DNA of 64,000 bases. Origin: Marsupella aquatica. Its lineage: Eukaryota > Plantae > Marchantiophyta. The DNA lies in contig OZ316895.1 of assembly GCA_973895155.1 (NCBI GenBank), forward strand, positions 4,017,659-4,081,658, written 5' to 3'. Every line of letters begins with the position of its first letter. Within the stretch, counting starts at the first letter, position 1. The notes beneath the pieces are model-generated. The model saw only the letters and a program-made list of their open reading frames with translations, was not told the DNA's origin and ran no database searches. This document shows positions 38,275 to 51,209 of this stretch, piece after piece. The position numbers were made by a program, and so were the translations under genes.

Positions 38275-38311
38275 CATGGCCAACACCCCAATCCATCCGG
38301 GCTTTAGGCTC
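38275..38311 (-). repeat. Putative MULE terminal inverted repeat (copy 2)
   Basis: Minus strand reads GAGCCTAAAGCCCGGATGGATTGGGGTGTTGGCCATG. The adjacent 9 bp (38312-38320) are TAGAAAAAT. Confidence 0.65.
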
Positions 38312-41300
38312 TAGAAAAATGTGTACTTTTCATAAGCTATACACATTAATTATGTGTGCATCATATATTATTGAGTGTCATCTAAAAAATCTCATTTACT
38401 CTAATTTAGAATAACATGTATTTAGTCTCATACACATTAATTACATTATGGTGACATCTTTCACACACATTAATTATAGTCACACACATTAATTATGGTG
38501 ATATCTTTCAAAAACCTATGATCCTAAATACCGTTGTGAGACTAATTACGGACCCGACTAGAGGTTTGACTAGAGGTTTCTTTCAAAATTCCTGGCACCA
38601 TAGTATGCCATGTCAACAACAACCACAACAAACAAGATTCGTCAGTTTTGTGAATCAAACTTATAATTTTCATTCATGTTTGTATCAATTTAGGTGTAAA
38701 TTTTAGGACACTATGCTGTAAAAACATTAAAAATACAAAAAACAAGACGATTAAAACTATCACTATGTAACCATTTTAGTATTTTTTATATAATAAATAA
38801 TGACTAATAATTAAATTGATAACTTTCTTGTTAAACCGCAACTCCTGGTATGTAAAAATCGCAACTCCTGGTATGTAAAGACCTCTCATATTGTACGGCC
38901 ATTAATGTGAGGAAGAGCACAGAAACCCATGATCGGGGAGGAAAAATGGTTGGAATCTGTCAAATGTTATACTCAAAAATTATTTATTCATTCTCAAAAC
39001 AAAAAAGACCTAATCCTAGATTTCATTGAGATTTTTCTTTTGCACCCTAGATCTCCTTCTAACATGGATGAATAATATTTCTAGAGACATTACAAAATGG
39101 ATAACAAAGATCATAACATCAACAAAATAGATGACTAGAAAAGCTTGGATTTATTTAATTTTTCATTTAAAAAATATTAACCCATTTACAAAGAACACAA
39201 CCCATCCATAGATCTATTTGAGATATTCATTTTGAACCATAAATTGGCCATTATGATGGACAGACTAGATTTTCGGAGATAAAAAATGGAAACGGCTCAG
39301 ATCTACTATTCCCCCTGATTTTATTAGGGAAGGGGTCCACTAACTAATTAAGTAAGTTAGTTACATCAAATTTAGAGGTTGGAGATCCCCTAATAGTCCA
39401 GTCACACTCTTTGATACATGGCGGACAACTCAGCATCCATCCATTTATGAGGAATTGCCACTCTGCACTCCAGTGCATTTTACCTTACGTCCATCTAACC
39501 TCACGTCATCTCTTTTGATAAAGCAGCAGCAGGAGCAGCAGCTCCATGCCTCCATTGTTTCCTCGCAACCTACCTCACGTCATCTCTTTTCATAAAGCAG
39601 CAGCACGCAGCAGCAGCACCAGGAGCAGCTGCTCCATGCCTCCATTGTTTCCTCGCAGCCTACCTCAGTAGGCTCGCCTCGAAAAGTGATGCTGAGGGCA
39701 CCTGGAAGGGGTTTTCCCACATATATTTGCACTCCATGCAACGTCCTTTGGCACCCTCTGGCACTGGTCCCATAGGAAAAGGCAAAGCACCTTTGCTTTT
39801 TCGTCATAATGATTTCGTCAGCCGGATCTCCTCCCGGCCTCCTCCCCTGTGCCTTTGTAGGACCGGCGTTGAATCGCTCGCAGTTGAGTAATAAACTCCA
39901 ATGCCGCCTTTGTTGAATCTTTGTTGATGATCCATGTTGCGCCCAAATCCAGCTTCCAGGCGTGGTTGTTGGTCTACTCTACTCGATCTGGCTCTGCAGC
40001 TGGCCACCCGCCTATGGATTGAAAGGAAGGAAGCCGAGCTCTCCCATCACTGCCGTGCGGGTCAAGCTGCTGCTGCTCTGCTGCGGTTCCGGTGCCCACC
40101 AACAATCCGCCAGGTGTGTGGAATGGTGGTGCTGGAGAGGAGTACGTAGCGATTTGCACTGATGAGTGTGAGTTTGGGAAAGAATGAACGAATGATTGAA
40201 TGATTGATTCAATTGATTGAGGATTAGGAGCTCGTTGGAGAGAGTTTACTAGAGATCGAGTGCATCAGCATCAGCAATACAGTAGGAGCAGCTATATACC
40301 TATCTAGTTGAGCTGCTGAGCGGAGTGAGATCGGAACAGAAAGTAATGATGGCAAGGGATGGGATGGATATGTTTAAGCTGTGTTAAAGGAAAGAGTTCG
40401 GGTCTGCTAGGTGCCTGACCGCGTGCTTTTCGTGGAAAATATCTGCTTGGAAAGTTTGACCTGGAACAGTCGTGCCCGATATTGCCGTGTTGTCTAAGGC
40501 TCTCGTCGGGCTGCCGTCACCACGGCAGCTGGGCTCGATCTCTATCTACCTATCTATCTCTGCGGAATGGCCTATTGTCAAGCAAGAAAGAAGGAAAGAA
40601 AGGAAAGAAAGGAAAGAAAGAAAGTGCGCTGCTCCAACATCGGCGTTGGCCAGACTCCAGAATCTCAGACAGCATCTTGCTGTCGTTGCATGTGGTTATT
40701 AGATCTCTCTAGCCGGGTCGCCGAGTTTGATTCCTGTGTTGTGGCCTCTCGTCCTTTTCTGCTGGAACTCTCCGTGTATATGTCTATGCCATTCTTCCAG
40801 AAAGTGCATGTGTTGTGGCCTCTCGTCCTTTTCTGCTTCCACTCTCCGTGTATATGTCTATCCCATTCTTCGAGAAAGTGCAGCTATCGGAGTGCCAGTG
40901 AACGAGTTGGTGTTGTGTATATTAGTGTGTTCCTACAACACCGAAAGGTCAAAGTGTAGATTATGTAGTATCCGTGTGCTGCTGTGGAGCATGTTTCACA
41001 CAGAACCAGCGCAACATAATGCGTTGCAGAGCGGAATCAGAAGAGCCCTCAATCTGCTTGAGGCGCGCTCTCCGGTGGTTCCTACTTCTGGTACACAACT
41101 GCTACAGTAGGGAGGTTACTTACCCTTCATCAGAGCTCCTGTCTGGGCTGGACCTGACTGGCACTGTGCTGAACTGGTAGCTACAAACAAGCACAACCTT
41201 ATGAAGCGGTCGGCTTGGAAGCAGTAAAGTCCGGAGAAGTACAGGAGAGTACAATGTGGGCATCATGTGGGTGTGGCACCCACATCTCCATTCCAGAGCT

Positions 41301-43254
41301 TGTCTGGAGTCTTGGACAAACCCGTCAAATTGAGTTCTCTTACAAAACTCATATACGGTACCAAAACTATAGTTGAGTTCTCAGACAAAACTCGTATACG
41401 GTACCAAACTATTCCGATATATTATTGCACCTAGTTTTAAAATAGATTCTGTTACCAAAGGTACTCGATTACCCAAGTTCGTGGCAAAGCGAGCGTGCCT
41501 ATAGCATGGTCCGAAATCTTTGCCATCACTGTTGGCTGCAGATAAGGGATGGGTTGTTATGTTCAAGCTGGAGAATTTATTTGAGGGAATTCGGTCAGAT
41601 GAAGAAAATGTCACGAACGCAAGCAAAAATGTGATCACTGGCCAAGACCCGAAACGGATTGTAGCCAAAACTGTGATCAATGGCCAAGAGCAGAAACGGA
41701 TTGTACCTGAAAAGAAGCCCTGGGGAAGAAGGTGCAACGTATGTAGCCCGAGAAGGCCCAACAATCTGCGCACTATCAAAATAATATCAAATCTGTAGAT
41801 GTTAACCAAAAACCCTTGTCGATTTCTGAGACGGTAGAAACAAGCGTGTACACCAAACGGATACAGCAGTGCATAACAATGGTAGTAATCATCCGAACAT
41901 CAACCTCTTAGAAACACTCCCAGCAACGTAAAAGCACTCCTTTCGTATACAGAGATGCAAAAATAATCAGCACAGAAGCTGTGAGAAACAATTCAAGCGG
42001 TGTAAATTCATGCAGCGATATGTAAGAGACAATCCAGGCAACGAAACGAAGAAGCACACCATCCGTACAGGAGCATGCACGAAACGTAAAACGACTCCAA
42101 ACCACAGTATGAAACAGTCCAGGCAACAAGTAGAACCACTCTATACAGCCACCCGTAAAAAGCACTTCAGGCAACGGTAACTGCAATCATTCAGGGAAGT
42201 TTTGAAAACCAGTTCAGTAAGAAAATGTTAATGGGATATCATTTCGGTATCATGGATTCAGTCCCAGTCTAACGGAAGATACAACAAACTAAACCCACAA
42301 ATCGAGAGGAGATAATCAGCCACACAGTGTCCACACCACACGGTGAATGATGGAAGGCAGGGGGAACTCAACCTCTAACCATCTCATCCACATGCCAGGC
42401 CCATCTAAGTGTCACGCGCGTAAACAACTACAGATTGAACAAAACAGCTCGTACTAGCTCTGCATTGAACACGGTAATTCGAATGGATGGGTGAAAAAAA
42501 ACCACCACAGCTCCAATCTGTTACAAGGAAAATCCTAGTCTCGTTCTTTGAAGCTAACAGAACTGCTTTCTCAGAACAAAGCAGTAAACCGACTGACTAC
42601 TGTAGTGTACAATCGCTGGGAAGACAATCCACGAGGTTGTGAACAACGACAAGCAGAGAGCTGGTCATCTGCCTGAAAAACGACCTGATTTCGTATCTTC
42701 ACAAAAGCTATCGCCAGAGAAGAGAAAAAAAACCCACTATCTGTATAATCTATGGGAAGCCATCGCCGTCGTGGCTCCAGACGATGCTCACTACGAGAAA
42801 AAGTGGGTACATCTTTGCGGCGCAAGAAGTGGGAATACAACCCAGCTTTCGTTTAGGTGAGTGCTCTGGCACAATACGGACTCAACCATCCCAACTGGAT
42901 TGAACCCGTGTTGAGCAAGAGCAAAAGAATGCCTAAGCTTTTATCTAAATTTGAGCGAACGCGATTAACTACCATGCCTAACGGCAGGTCTCATCTCCTG
43001 TACAATGCCTAGACTGAATCGATCGCTGTAAGCCCTCCATTCGAAGACCACCAAGCAGGTTTGATTGTCTAGATTTTCGCTATATTCCATGGCTGCATAG
43101 ATTCCACAATGCGTTCCCCGTACCTATCATCACAACCATCATCTCACGACGACTTCTGATTACCAGAAGTTGAATTTGTTTAAGGTGAGAATGGCTTGAA
43201 GCGCACGGGGCTGGACAAAAATTGAACTTTTCGTCATTAAAAGGAGTTCCTAAT

Positions 43255-46205
43255 CTAAGATTCTTCGATCTCGTCCATTCCGTGCACATCGTCTTCTTCA
43301 TCGTCGTGCTCGTGATCTTCCCAGTCGTCCCAGGCTGCCACCAGGCTGCATTCGAGCTTGTGGCGAAGTTTCCAATCCAAGGCCTGGCAAGCTCTTGAAC
43401 AATAATTCACAGACCCACAAGCGGAACACCTCCGAAACTCGTGCTTCCTCGTTTCCGGCCTCCCACAATTAGAATGCGAGCAAAGCCTCAAACCGGGAGC
43501 TGGCGGATTAAGATGGAACCAATCCACAAGGAACTTGTTGGCGATATGAATCTTCGCAGGAGGAACCGTGCATCCAAAATCACTCAAAAGAAAGCAACCT
43601 CCTCCTTCGAGCAGCTTGTAGACTGACTGGTTGTCGGATCCTTGCTCCTGCTGCGGTTTCGATGACGATCCAATTTGCTCCAGGAGCGCTCTGTGAATGA
43701 GATCAATCTTCTGGTGCTCATTCGCAGACTGGTTATCGTTTTTATGGTGTTGGCACCCCACAACATTACATCTTGCAGTCATTTGCAGGGCAGTTTCGAT
43801 GAAAGCCCGTGGAGAGGCAGCAACCGCAGCAGCTGCTTCTCGTGCGTTCGCTTCTAACAAGAGTCTCCTACCTTCCGGGACATTTCGTGTCACGCCATAG
43901 CCATCTTGCAAACAGTGACCCAGCTCACGGACCGCATCGACGTAGCCTAGACTTGCGGCTCTAGCACAGAGTGTAAACCCGGATCGGAGGTCCTTATCTT
44001 TCCGTGTTCCTCCGCTGCCGTTGAACTGAATCACTGCCAGGGAAAGGAGGGCAGCGGCGTGCGATTCCATGGCTGCCTTCGCCATGAGAGACGCTCCTGC
44101 TCCTCTTGTCTGGAGGCAGTAGAAATATATCTGGATACAAAGTAACAGAGTCAAACAATCGTCAGTTCAGGACTTTAATTCACCAATCTTTGCTTCTTAA
44201 AGAACATGGAAAGGTAGCACCCACAAAAAGGCCACGTACGTTCAGTCATGATTCACTCAAGCGTACACCATCACAGGCCACGCATATACTCTTAATGAGG
44301 AGAGCAACCACCACATTGCGGGAGTTGGGATCTCGAGCGTCAAGTTGTTCTACTATGCAACGAATTTACCGTCACATCATTCTGTCAACTATGTAAGGCA
44401 ATTTCGAGGTTCCTTCATAGACGACTAAGGGGCAAGTCTTAGTGCCGAAAATATTTTCGGAGGATGTAAAGAATCAGCAACGGTCCTCTACGCAAACGCG
44501 CACCATTGAATTTGCGCTCTGCTATAATCGTTAACTTTTCCAAGTTCTGGAGGACTCTGCCAAATATGACTCTCGAGTTGACTCTGCTACTGAAAGGATT
44601 CAAAAGACATCAATCACTTGCGAAGGACATCGCCAAGGACTTCCATAAACTGGCAACTCCACGATGGAGTAAAAGATGACGGGGACAGGATACGGCTGTG
44701 GCACCCCTATACCAGTCACCGATCACAGCAGGAAAGCATGACTCAGCACCTAACCAAAAAAAGATCGAGGGGAGCTGTGGGCTCACCATGCCTATCGTGT
44801 AGCAGGCCTCAACATTCCCAGCATCCGCACACTGCTTCAAAAAACGATGTGCTCCATCTGACCATCTTGAAGCCTTCATAGTCAAGACAGCAGGTGCTGC
44901 ATTTAACAGCACAAACGGGTGTTTGCCAGTAGCCAAAAACCTCCGGCACCTGGATTCCAGAACAAGCAGTCATTAGCCTTCAGACCTCGTTCTCATGTGG
45001 GGCAGAGCACGTTCATGCCTTCAAATAAAATCTAGCTAACGGTCAAGACCGGCGTGTCCTGGAGCTGATCTCAACGTTACAGTCCCCAGTACGAACTAAT
45101 AATCACCAGTGGGGATCGGAAAAACGTCGGAAGAATGTAGATGTAATAACCGTGGATGTCAGGATGTGCACTTATCGGAAGCTACAACATGAACACAGTG
45201 TATTGAGCCGGGTGCTAAAGCCGAGCTTCCATGGGATTCACACCGCTAAACAGAACACCATAATACTTCTGCTACTGTATACTCGAGCCCATACAAGCTC
45301 GTCCTCTAGTACTGTATTACTCTCCATGATCAGTAACAATAAGACACATACAGAGCCCGAGATGAATGGCAAACGGAGAAGGGAGAGGTCAGCTGGCATG
45401 GCTTGAACACAGAGGACCACTCAACTCCAAAGATTACTTCGAGATCGTTCTAGCTATCAGCCGATGCCATGCATACGCAACGACTCTAAGCTATCTTGTC
45501 TACGGGCCCGAAAATTTTGATACGATGAAACTCTAGAGCCGGGATTGAACGACCGAGCGAACGTCGGTAGAAGGATCAAAAGGATTTTCTAGTCTCAACA
45601 TTTATCATGGACAGCTCCAGTCATGGGCAATGAATAAAAAACTGGGAAGTATCTTAACGACCAATCCGATCCGCACAAGTCCGTTCCACGGATGTCGAGA
45701 AGGGTGGGGACTAAGATTTCGTTGTCAGTGGTTTCTCATCGCAGACTTAAGTGAAGAACACAGGGACTTCTTTGTGCAAAATCAAGACACGAGCATGGTA
45801 GTTAGATTGGTAAGGTGCATGGTGCAGTCGACAGAGAGGTGCTACTCACGTCAACATTGTGTTAATGAGATCCGCAGGCGACGAAGCAGTCGAGCTGACT
45901 TTGGTGAGAATTGTGATGAGCAAATCATCATGAAGTTTATCGATTCCGCAGCCAGCCCGGGCTGCAACAGAGGCAGGCCCGTCTTCAGTTGCTGAAGATG
46001 TGCTGCAACTAATCGTTGAAGCCGCATCAGTTCTAGAGAACGAGATGTCATCGCCAGGCTGCTGCTGCGTAGAGCGGGAATCTCTTGCAGCTGAGACCAC
46101 AAGCTTGACAGTGGTGCGCCTCTTCTTAGCCGCTGGAGGATTGAAGCAATATGAAGTCAAGGTGTCCTGTCCAGCAGTAGGGTAAATGCGCCCTCGAGTC
46201 CGCAT
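43255..46205 (-). CDS. F-box / SEL1-like repeat / zf-MYND protein (At1g67340-like); exons 46205-45850, 44949-44787, 44130-43255
   Basis: MRTRG start; DKLHDDLLITILTKVSSTASSPADLINTMLT|CRRF; RFLKQCADAGNVEACYTIGM|IYFYCLQTRGAGASLMAKAA; GSGGTRKDKDL; RELGHCLQDGYG; CSHSNCGRPETRKHEFRRCSACGSVNYCSRACQALDWKLRHKLEC. All junctions are GT-AG and in phase. Confidence 0.95.
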
Positions 46206-46760
46206 ATTTTTTGGCTTTCTTACCTCTGATATCTGTTCCCAACGCCAACCAGTAGTGCCGAATTCTAACCGTATGACTACTAAAGCCTCCACTTCCTTCT
46301 TGTCCTTTGCCTTCGCCTTCGTGTTTGCCTTTACTACTCTTGCCTTGCTATGCTCTACACCTTCCACCAACTGGACCGGTAATACGAGAAAATCGTACTC
46401 ACAACATCGACAGCAGCAGATAAATGCTATAACCGGTACGCAGGTGCCATCCTCACCTGCCGGTCGTCCCCTCGGAAAAATGGAGGAGAACAGACGAACC
46501 TATCAGGGCGTGTGTGATTGTGTGTGTCTCTCTCTTTCTGCCGATTCAAATCCTACAATGGACCTGCTCCTGTGATGCCAAGCACAAAAGGTGTAGCAGA
46601 CCAGACCAACTGTGAGCCCCGTGAGGAGATTCTTCACTATTCTTTGTTGCTATGTTGCGCTGTGCTGTGTAGTGCTGGGCTGAGACACTAGCTTACCTCA
46701 GTGAGCCCTCTTGTTCGGTCACACTCTAGAGTGGAGAGAGTTCCTGTCCCAGTAAAGGAT

Positions 46761-46830
46761 GAGAGAGACAGACAGAGAGAGAGAGAGGGAGAGAGAGAGA
46801 GAGGGAGAGAGAGAGAGAGTGGACGAGAGA
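46761..46830 (-). repeat. (GA/CT)n microsatellite in the probable 5' UTR exon of the F-box gene
   Basis: GA run lying between a minus-strand donor (GAG|GTAAGC near 46696) and a TATA-like TTATAT near 46897-46902. Confidence 0.7.
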
Positions 46831-47648
46831 GGCCCTCTTTGCTCTTGGGAGAGAGATTAGAATGGGTCAGTCTGAAGACCGGTAAGCCTGGGGGGGATAT
46901 AAGAAGTGCCCCCGTAACCCGGTTCTTTGCTTGCGCACCGGATTAAATTGGGACTGGAATAGAGAGAGACGGAGAGTATGAACGACTGCTACTGCTCCGC
47001 CGACATACACACCTGCCTGTCCCTTCCTTCAGCCTGTGAGCGGTCAATCACTGGGGCACCTTGAGTGTCTCGCACTCCGTGTGCCGTATCGTGATATGGT
47101 GGTGCTGTAGGAGTGCCCGCTGGGTGGAGGAACTTGTGGCACTGGACGGGACGGGATGTGAGGCCTTTTCTCTCCCTCTTCACTCAATTCTTGTCGACCT
47201 CTTGTTCCCTCGCCCTCCTCTTCTTGCTCACCTCCTCCCCCACCACCTAGAGACAGACGAAGTAAGCAGATGACAAAAGAGAGAAGAAAAGGTGGTATAC
47301 CGGCCAACCAGTGAGCCTCCTCCTCGAAGTAATCCAAAGCCAAGGGAAACACCTCCTCAAACAAGCCAACCCAATGCCGCGGCCCTACTACACTCTTCCC
47401 CCACTATGCTACCACCACCACCTATAGATATCTATCTATCTATCTAGTGCCCCACTCACACCGCAGCCTTGACAAGGACTCTGCTTCCTTTGCGTCCCAA
47501 GATATAGATCAACATTCCTCCACTCCTCCCCGAATAGAAAATCTGTCTCCTGGCCCACCACCCTCTTTGCTCTCTCGCTATCTCTTGTAGGGCCCCTGAC
47601 GGCTCCCTTCCTTTCCCCCACTCCCTCTACTGGGTTGTTGCTCGCAAT

Positions 47649-47800
47649 ATGCTACAGTTCTACTCTATAAGCTCCAGAATCACAGAATGCTACAGTTCTA
47701 CTCTGTAAGCTCCAGAATCACAGAATGCTACAGTTCTACTCTGTAAACTCCAGAATCACAGAATGCTACAGTTGTACTCTGTAAGCTCCAGAATCACAGA
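47649..47800. repeat. 4 x 38-bp tandem minisatellite
   Basis: ATGCTACAGTTCTACTCTGTAAGCTCCAGAATCACAGA at 47649, 47687, 47725 and 47763. Confidence 0.95.
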
Positions 47801-49599
47801 CTGGTTTTCAGAGCAGCCTCGCTAGATCTGCTCTGTTTGTCTGGTGGGGAAATTCGAATCCGAATCCTGCCACTGCTCCTGCTCCCTGCTCTGTTCGATT
47901 CGCTTGGGAGAGGAGACGACGAGGGGGAAAGCTTGATATAGGAAGTATATGCCTCTAGCGCTGTCTCTCCTCCACGGATTCTATCGTTTCTTCGTGGCAC
48001 TCAAAACCGTGGGATCGAAGGTTGGAGGCCAGCAAAAGGCCCAGAGACAACGCAAACCTCACTCCTCCTCCTCCTCCTCCACTGCTGCTGCCTGCTCGCC
48101 ATGAAAGCGTGCAATGTGGGCAACTGTAACGTTTTTTTCATCTGTACTTTTTGCGGCCTGGCCATCCTTCTTTCCCGCTACGGTAACGATGGGCCAACCA
48201 GAGTACCACCACTCTATTAAGAAAAGCAAACTAGGAAAGGAAAGAGTCATCACTCATCAATCAATCAGTCAGTCAGTCAGTCAGCCAGTCATTCAGTCAG
48301 TCAATCAATCAATCACAAGAGGTGCTCCTCCTCCTCCTCCTTCCCTCCGTCCCAAGGCAGGCGTGCGAATTGAGGGACGTACCGTAGCACAGAAGAAGAA
48401 GAAAGAAGAAACAGAGTACTACAGGACTACTGCACGACTGCTGCTACAGTCATGAAGGCAACAGGAGCCCTCCATCGATCGATCGATCGATCCACTTGTG
48501 CAGCAACAACTCTCATCTACCCCCCCCACAAAGAGAGGGGACAACAACAAAAGTAGCCTTTCTTCCACCCTCAACATCTATCAAAATCCTCGGCTCAAGC
48601 AACTACCAACCACAGTCCAGTGCAGGGTTTTTACAAACTAGCCTGATTACCCATTCCTTCAAAACTTAAATAGAAATGGTAAGGGAAACGAACGTGGCAG
48701 AAAAAAAGATTCCATGCTGTTTACTGTTCATCTTTGCCCCCTTCCCTGTTTTTTGTTTGCACCTTCACTTCAGTTATGATGTACTCATTTGGAGTCAGGG
48801 CTAGAGGTTTCACTCTAGTCAGTAGGCACAGGGAGTAAGTTTTCATTGTGCTTTATGAGTTAGATTGGCCCAGCCAGAGGGGATGGTCATCTTTTCCTTT
48901 TGTTTTGAAAATAACTTATATTTGTCATATTCAACATGCAGAACATAAAAGACAGGGCACCCCAGAACATGAGACAGAAGCAACATAGGACATGCCGGAG
49001 GAGCCAGGGCTGGTTTAGAGACAATTCAACTTGTCCTCTCCCGGATGTGGGAGAGAGATGAGGGAGGGAGAAAGTTGTGGTTAACCCAACTCATGGTTAC
49101 ATGAGTTTGTGAAAACTAATAATGATTATGGATAAGAGAAAGACTAAGTTGCTTGGTTAGTGCCGTTGGCACTGGTATGAGCTAGCTCATGTACAATTCA
49201 ACAGTTTCAAGCATGCCACCATCCATTTGCTAAATCTAGACCGAACCGCTGAAATTCATGGGGTAATAGTGAGTTGTTTAAATAAGCACCACAGCCCATA
49301 CTCAGTAACCTATGCTCGAATAATTTTTAACACACCCATGCTTGGCGACCCCATCATGTTTCGATGCTCAGCTAAGTTTACAATGAGTCCCCATTGTTGA
49401 AGGTCAAAGAGGTCTTGTGCAAGTTGAACCATGATGGTCTTCTCATTGGGGTCACCAGCTCACTGAAAATGGAGGACGCTGAAGGCATGGCTTATGACCA
49501 TCTACCATCTACTCCCATAGAAGGGCACACCCTCTGTTCCAGGGCAAGCAATCAAAATCTACCAGCAGAGTACCAGCAGGCAGTCTATCATGTCTCTAA

Positions 49600-49669
49600 G
49601 AGCATCTCCAGCCCGGATGGGTTTGGTTACTATAACTCCATGTTGACCAAACCACTCACTGGAGCGCTA
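49600..49669. mobile_element. Tiny Tourist/Harbinger-like MITE remnant or hairpin
   Basis: TAA then GAGCATCTCCAG...GGTTTGGTTA / TGACCAAACC...CTGGAGCGCT. Confidence 0.35.
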
Positions 49670-50794
49670 TTTGGGTTTCAGGAATGGGGTTTCAGGAATG
49701 GGGTTTTCCGTTATTGGATCTGTATACGAGAGAGATTATACAGCAGTTGACTCCTTATTGGGTTCATTGTTGGGTTTTCAAGATCCCAATCTACGGTTAT
49801 CAGATGTTGATGCTTGTAGTTTAGTGAAATCTCCCCATTGGGGTTGAGGCTGTTTTTCAGTTCGTACACTGAACTAAATATAGGATGTTGTTAGACTAGT
49901 GAACTAAATATAGGATGTTGTTAGACTAGGTATTTAATGTACCCAGTAAACAAAACCCCATTGGGTTCAAGATGCTTGAAGGCAAGTAACTTATAGGCAA
50001 CCTGCATGTCATTGGCCCTTCAAAGAGCAGTCGTCCATCCCATGATTCCCAAAGTCCCTCTTTATCATCTCTTTATCTCTGGTTTGCAATCAATTTACTA
50101 TCTTCAAACTTCTTGGACATTATTGTGGCAGGGAGATAAATCCCCTTGCTCAATGCTCTCGCAAAATACGAGTCTTATTTGAGTCCTCTCCCATCAAGTC
50201 TTCAATGAAATTCATCAACGTAGTAGAAGCACACCAGTAAGTCTTTTCTTGAACAAATTTTGTATGGAGATAAGTCTGTGATTTGCTTAGTGGTAGGGAG
50301 AATAATATTAAGGACTTGTGGTGGAGAATAATTTAATTAGTGTATTGAATGGAGTTTCTGTGAATGAGAACGGGACTACAATATATTCTGCCAGATACAT
50401 AGGTCTTTCTATTTTCCTTGATTTAATCTGAACCAATAGATCTGGCAAGTAATCTCCTTATCTTGGGAAGTTTCCCGCTGTTGTGGTGCCAGAAACTCTA
50501 ACTTGTTCTTTTATAGTGGTCTCTTGAGAAAATAGGAGGTAAAAGTTTGGCAACAAATCACCAAAGATTAAAAAGACTGAACCACAGCAGCATGTTAATT
50601 CGCAAGTAACCAACCTGCCTGAACCCAGCATACCATACCACAGAGCACCTACAACCATAACATCACCAGTAGAGAGGGGGGGGGGGGGGAATTGAATTGG
50701 TCCTTGTTTCCCTCCATCGTTGATATCTACTACAAGAGAGAGTTCCAGAGTCTACCGTAAGAAGGGCAGTTCTCTGCCATCAAGTCTCCAACCC

Positions 50795-51020
50795 AAATTC
50801 ATCAACCCAGTAGAAAGCACACCACTAACTGCAGGTCAACCCAAGGAACCAAATTCATCAACCCAGCAGAAAGCACATCACTAAGGGCAGGCCAACCCAA
50901 ATAACCAAATTCATCAACCCAGTAGAAAGCACACCACTAAGGGCAGGCCAACTCAAGTAACCAACCCATCTCAACCCAGTAGAAAGCACACCATTAAGGG
51001 ATGGCCAACCCACATAACCA
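50795..51020. repeat. ~4 x 56-61-bp tandem repeat
   Basis: AAATTCATCAACCCAGTAGAAAGCACACCACTAA core repeated; a related single copy lies near 50208. Confidence 0.85.
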
Positions 51021-51209
51021 ACCCGCCTCACTCCCCTTACCCACCATAACATACCACAGTTTGGCCCATGATACCCCTTGCAGTGAGAAGATAGGAATAT
51101 TCTCCAAATTTAAAAAAATATGTATTCTGGATCTCCCCTTAGATTGTGGCAAATTGACCCTGTATCTGGTGGGAAACTTGCTACTGACCCCAGACAAAGT
51201 GGCCAATGA

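Larger units (their letters stand above)
34300..38311 (-). mobile_element. Transposase-bearing arm of a Mutator-like element (left boundary not defined)
   Basis: MULE transposase plus a terminal motif ending at 38311, flanked by TAGAAAAAT. No matching inverted TIR was seen at 32.5-34.4 kb. Confidence 0.7.

Noticed and set aside
45846-46370. N-terminal extension of the F-box protein from 46370
   Set aside because: Starts at a non-ATG codon just after a splice acceptor; the family-typical MRTR start is at 46205.
47649-47800. CRISPR-like periodic 38-bp repeats (also the 19-bp repeats at 640-843)
   Set aside because: Head-to-tail copies with no unique spacers, no cas genes, and a eukaryotic context.
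49610-49620. AGCCCGGATGG matching the MULE TIR core
   Set aside because: Only 11 bp with unrelated flanks, and it lies within a Tourist-like hairpin.
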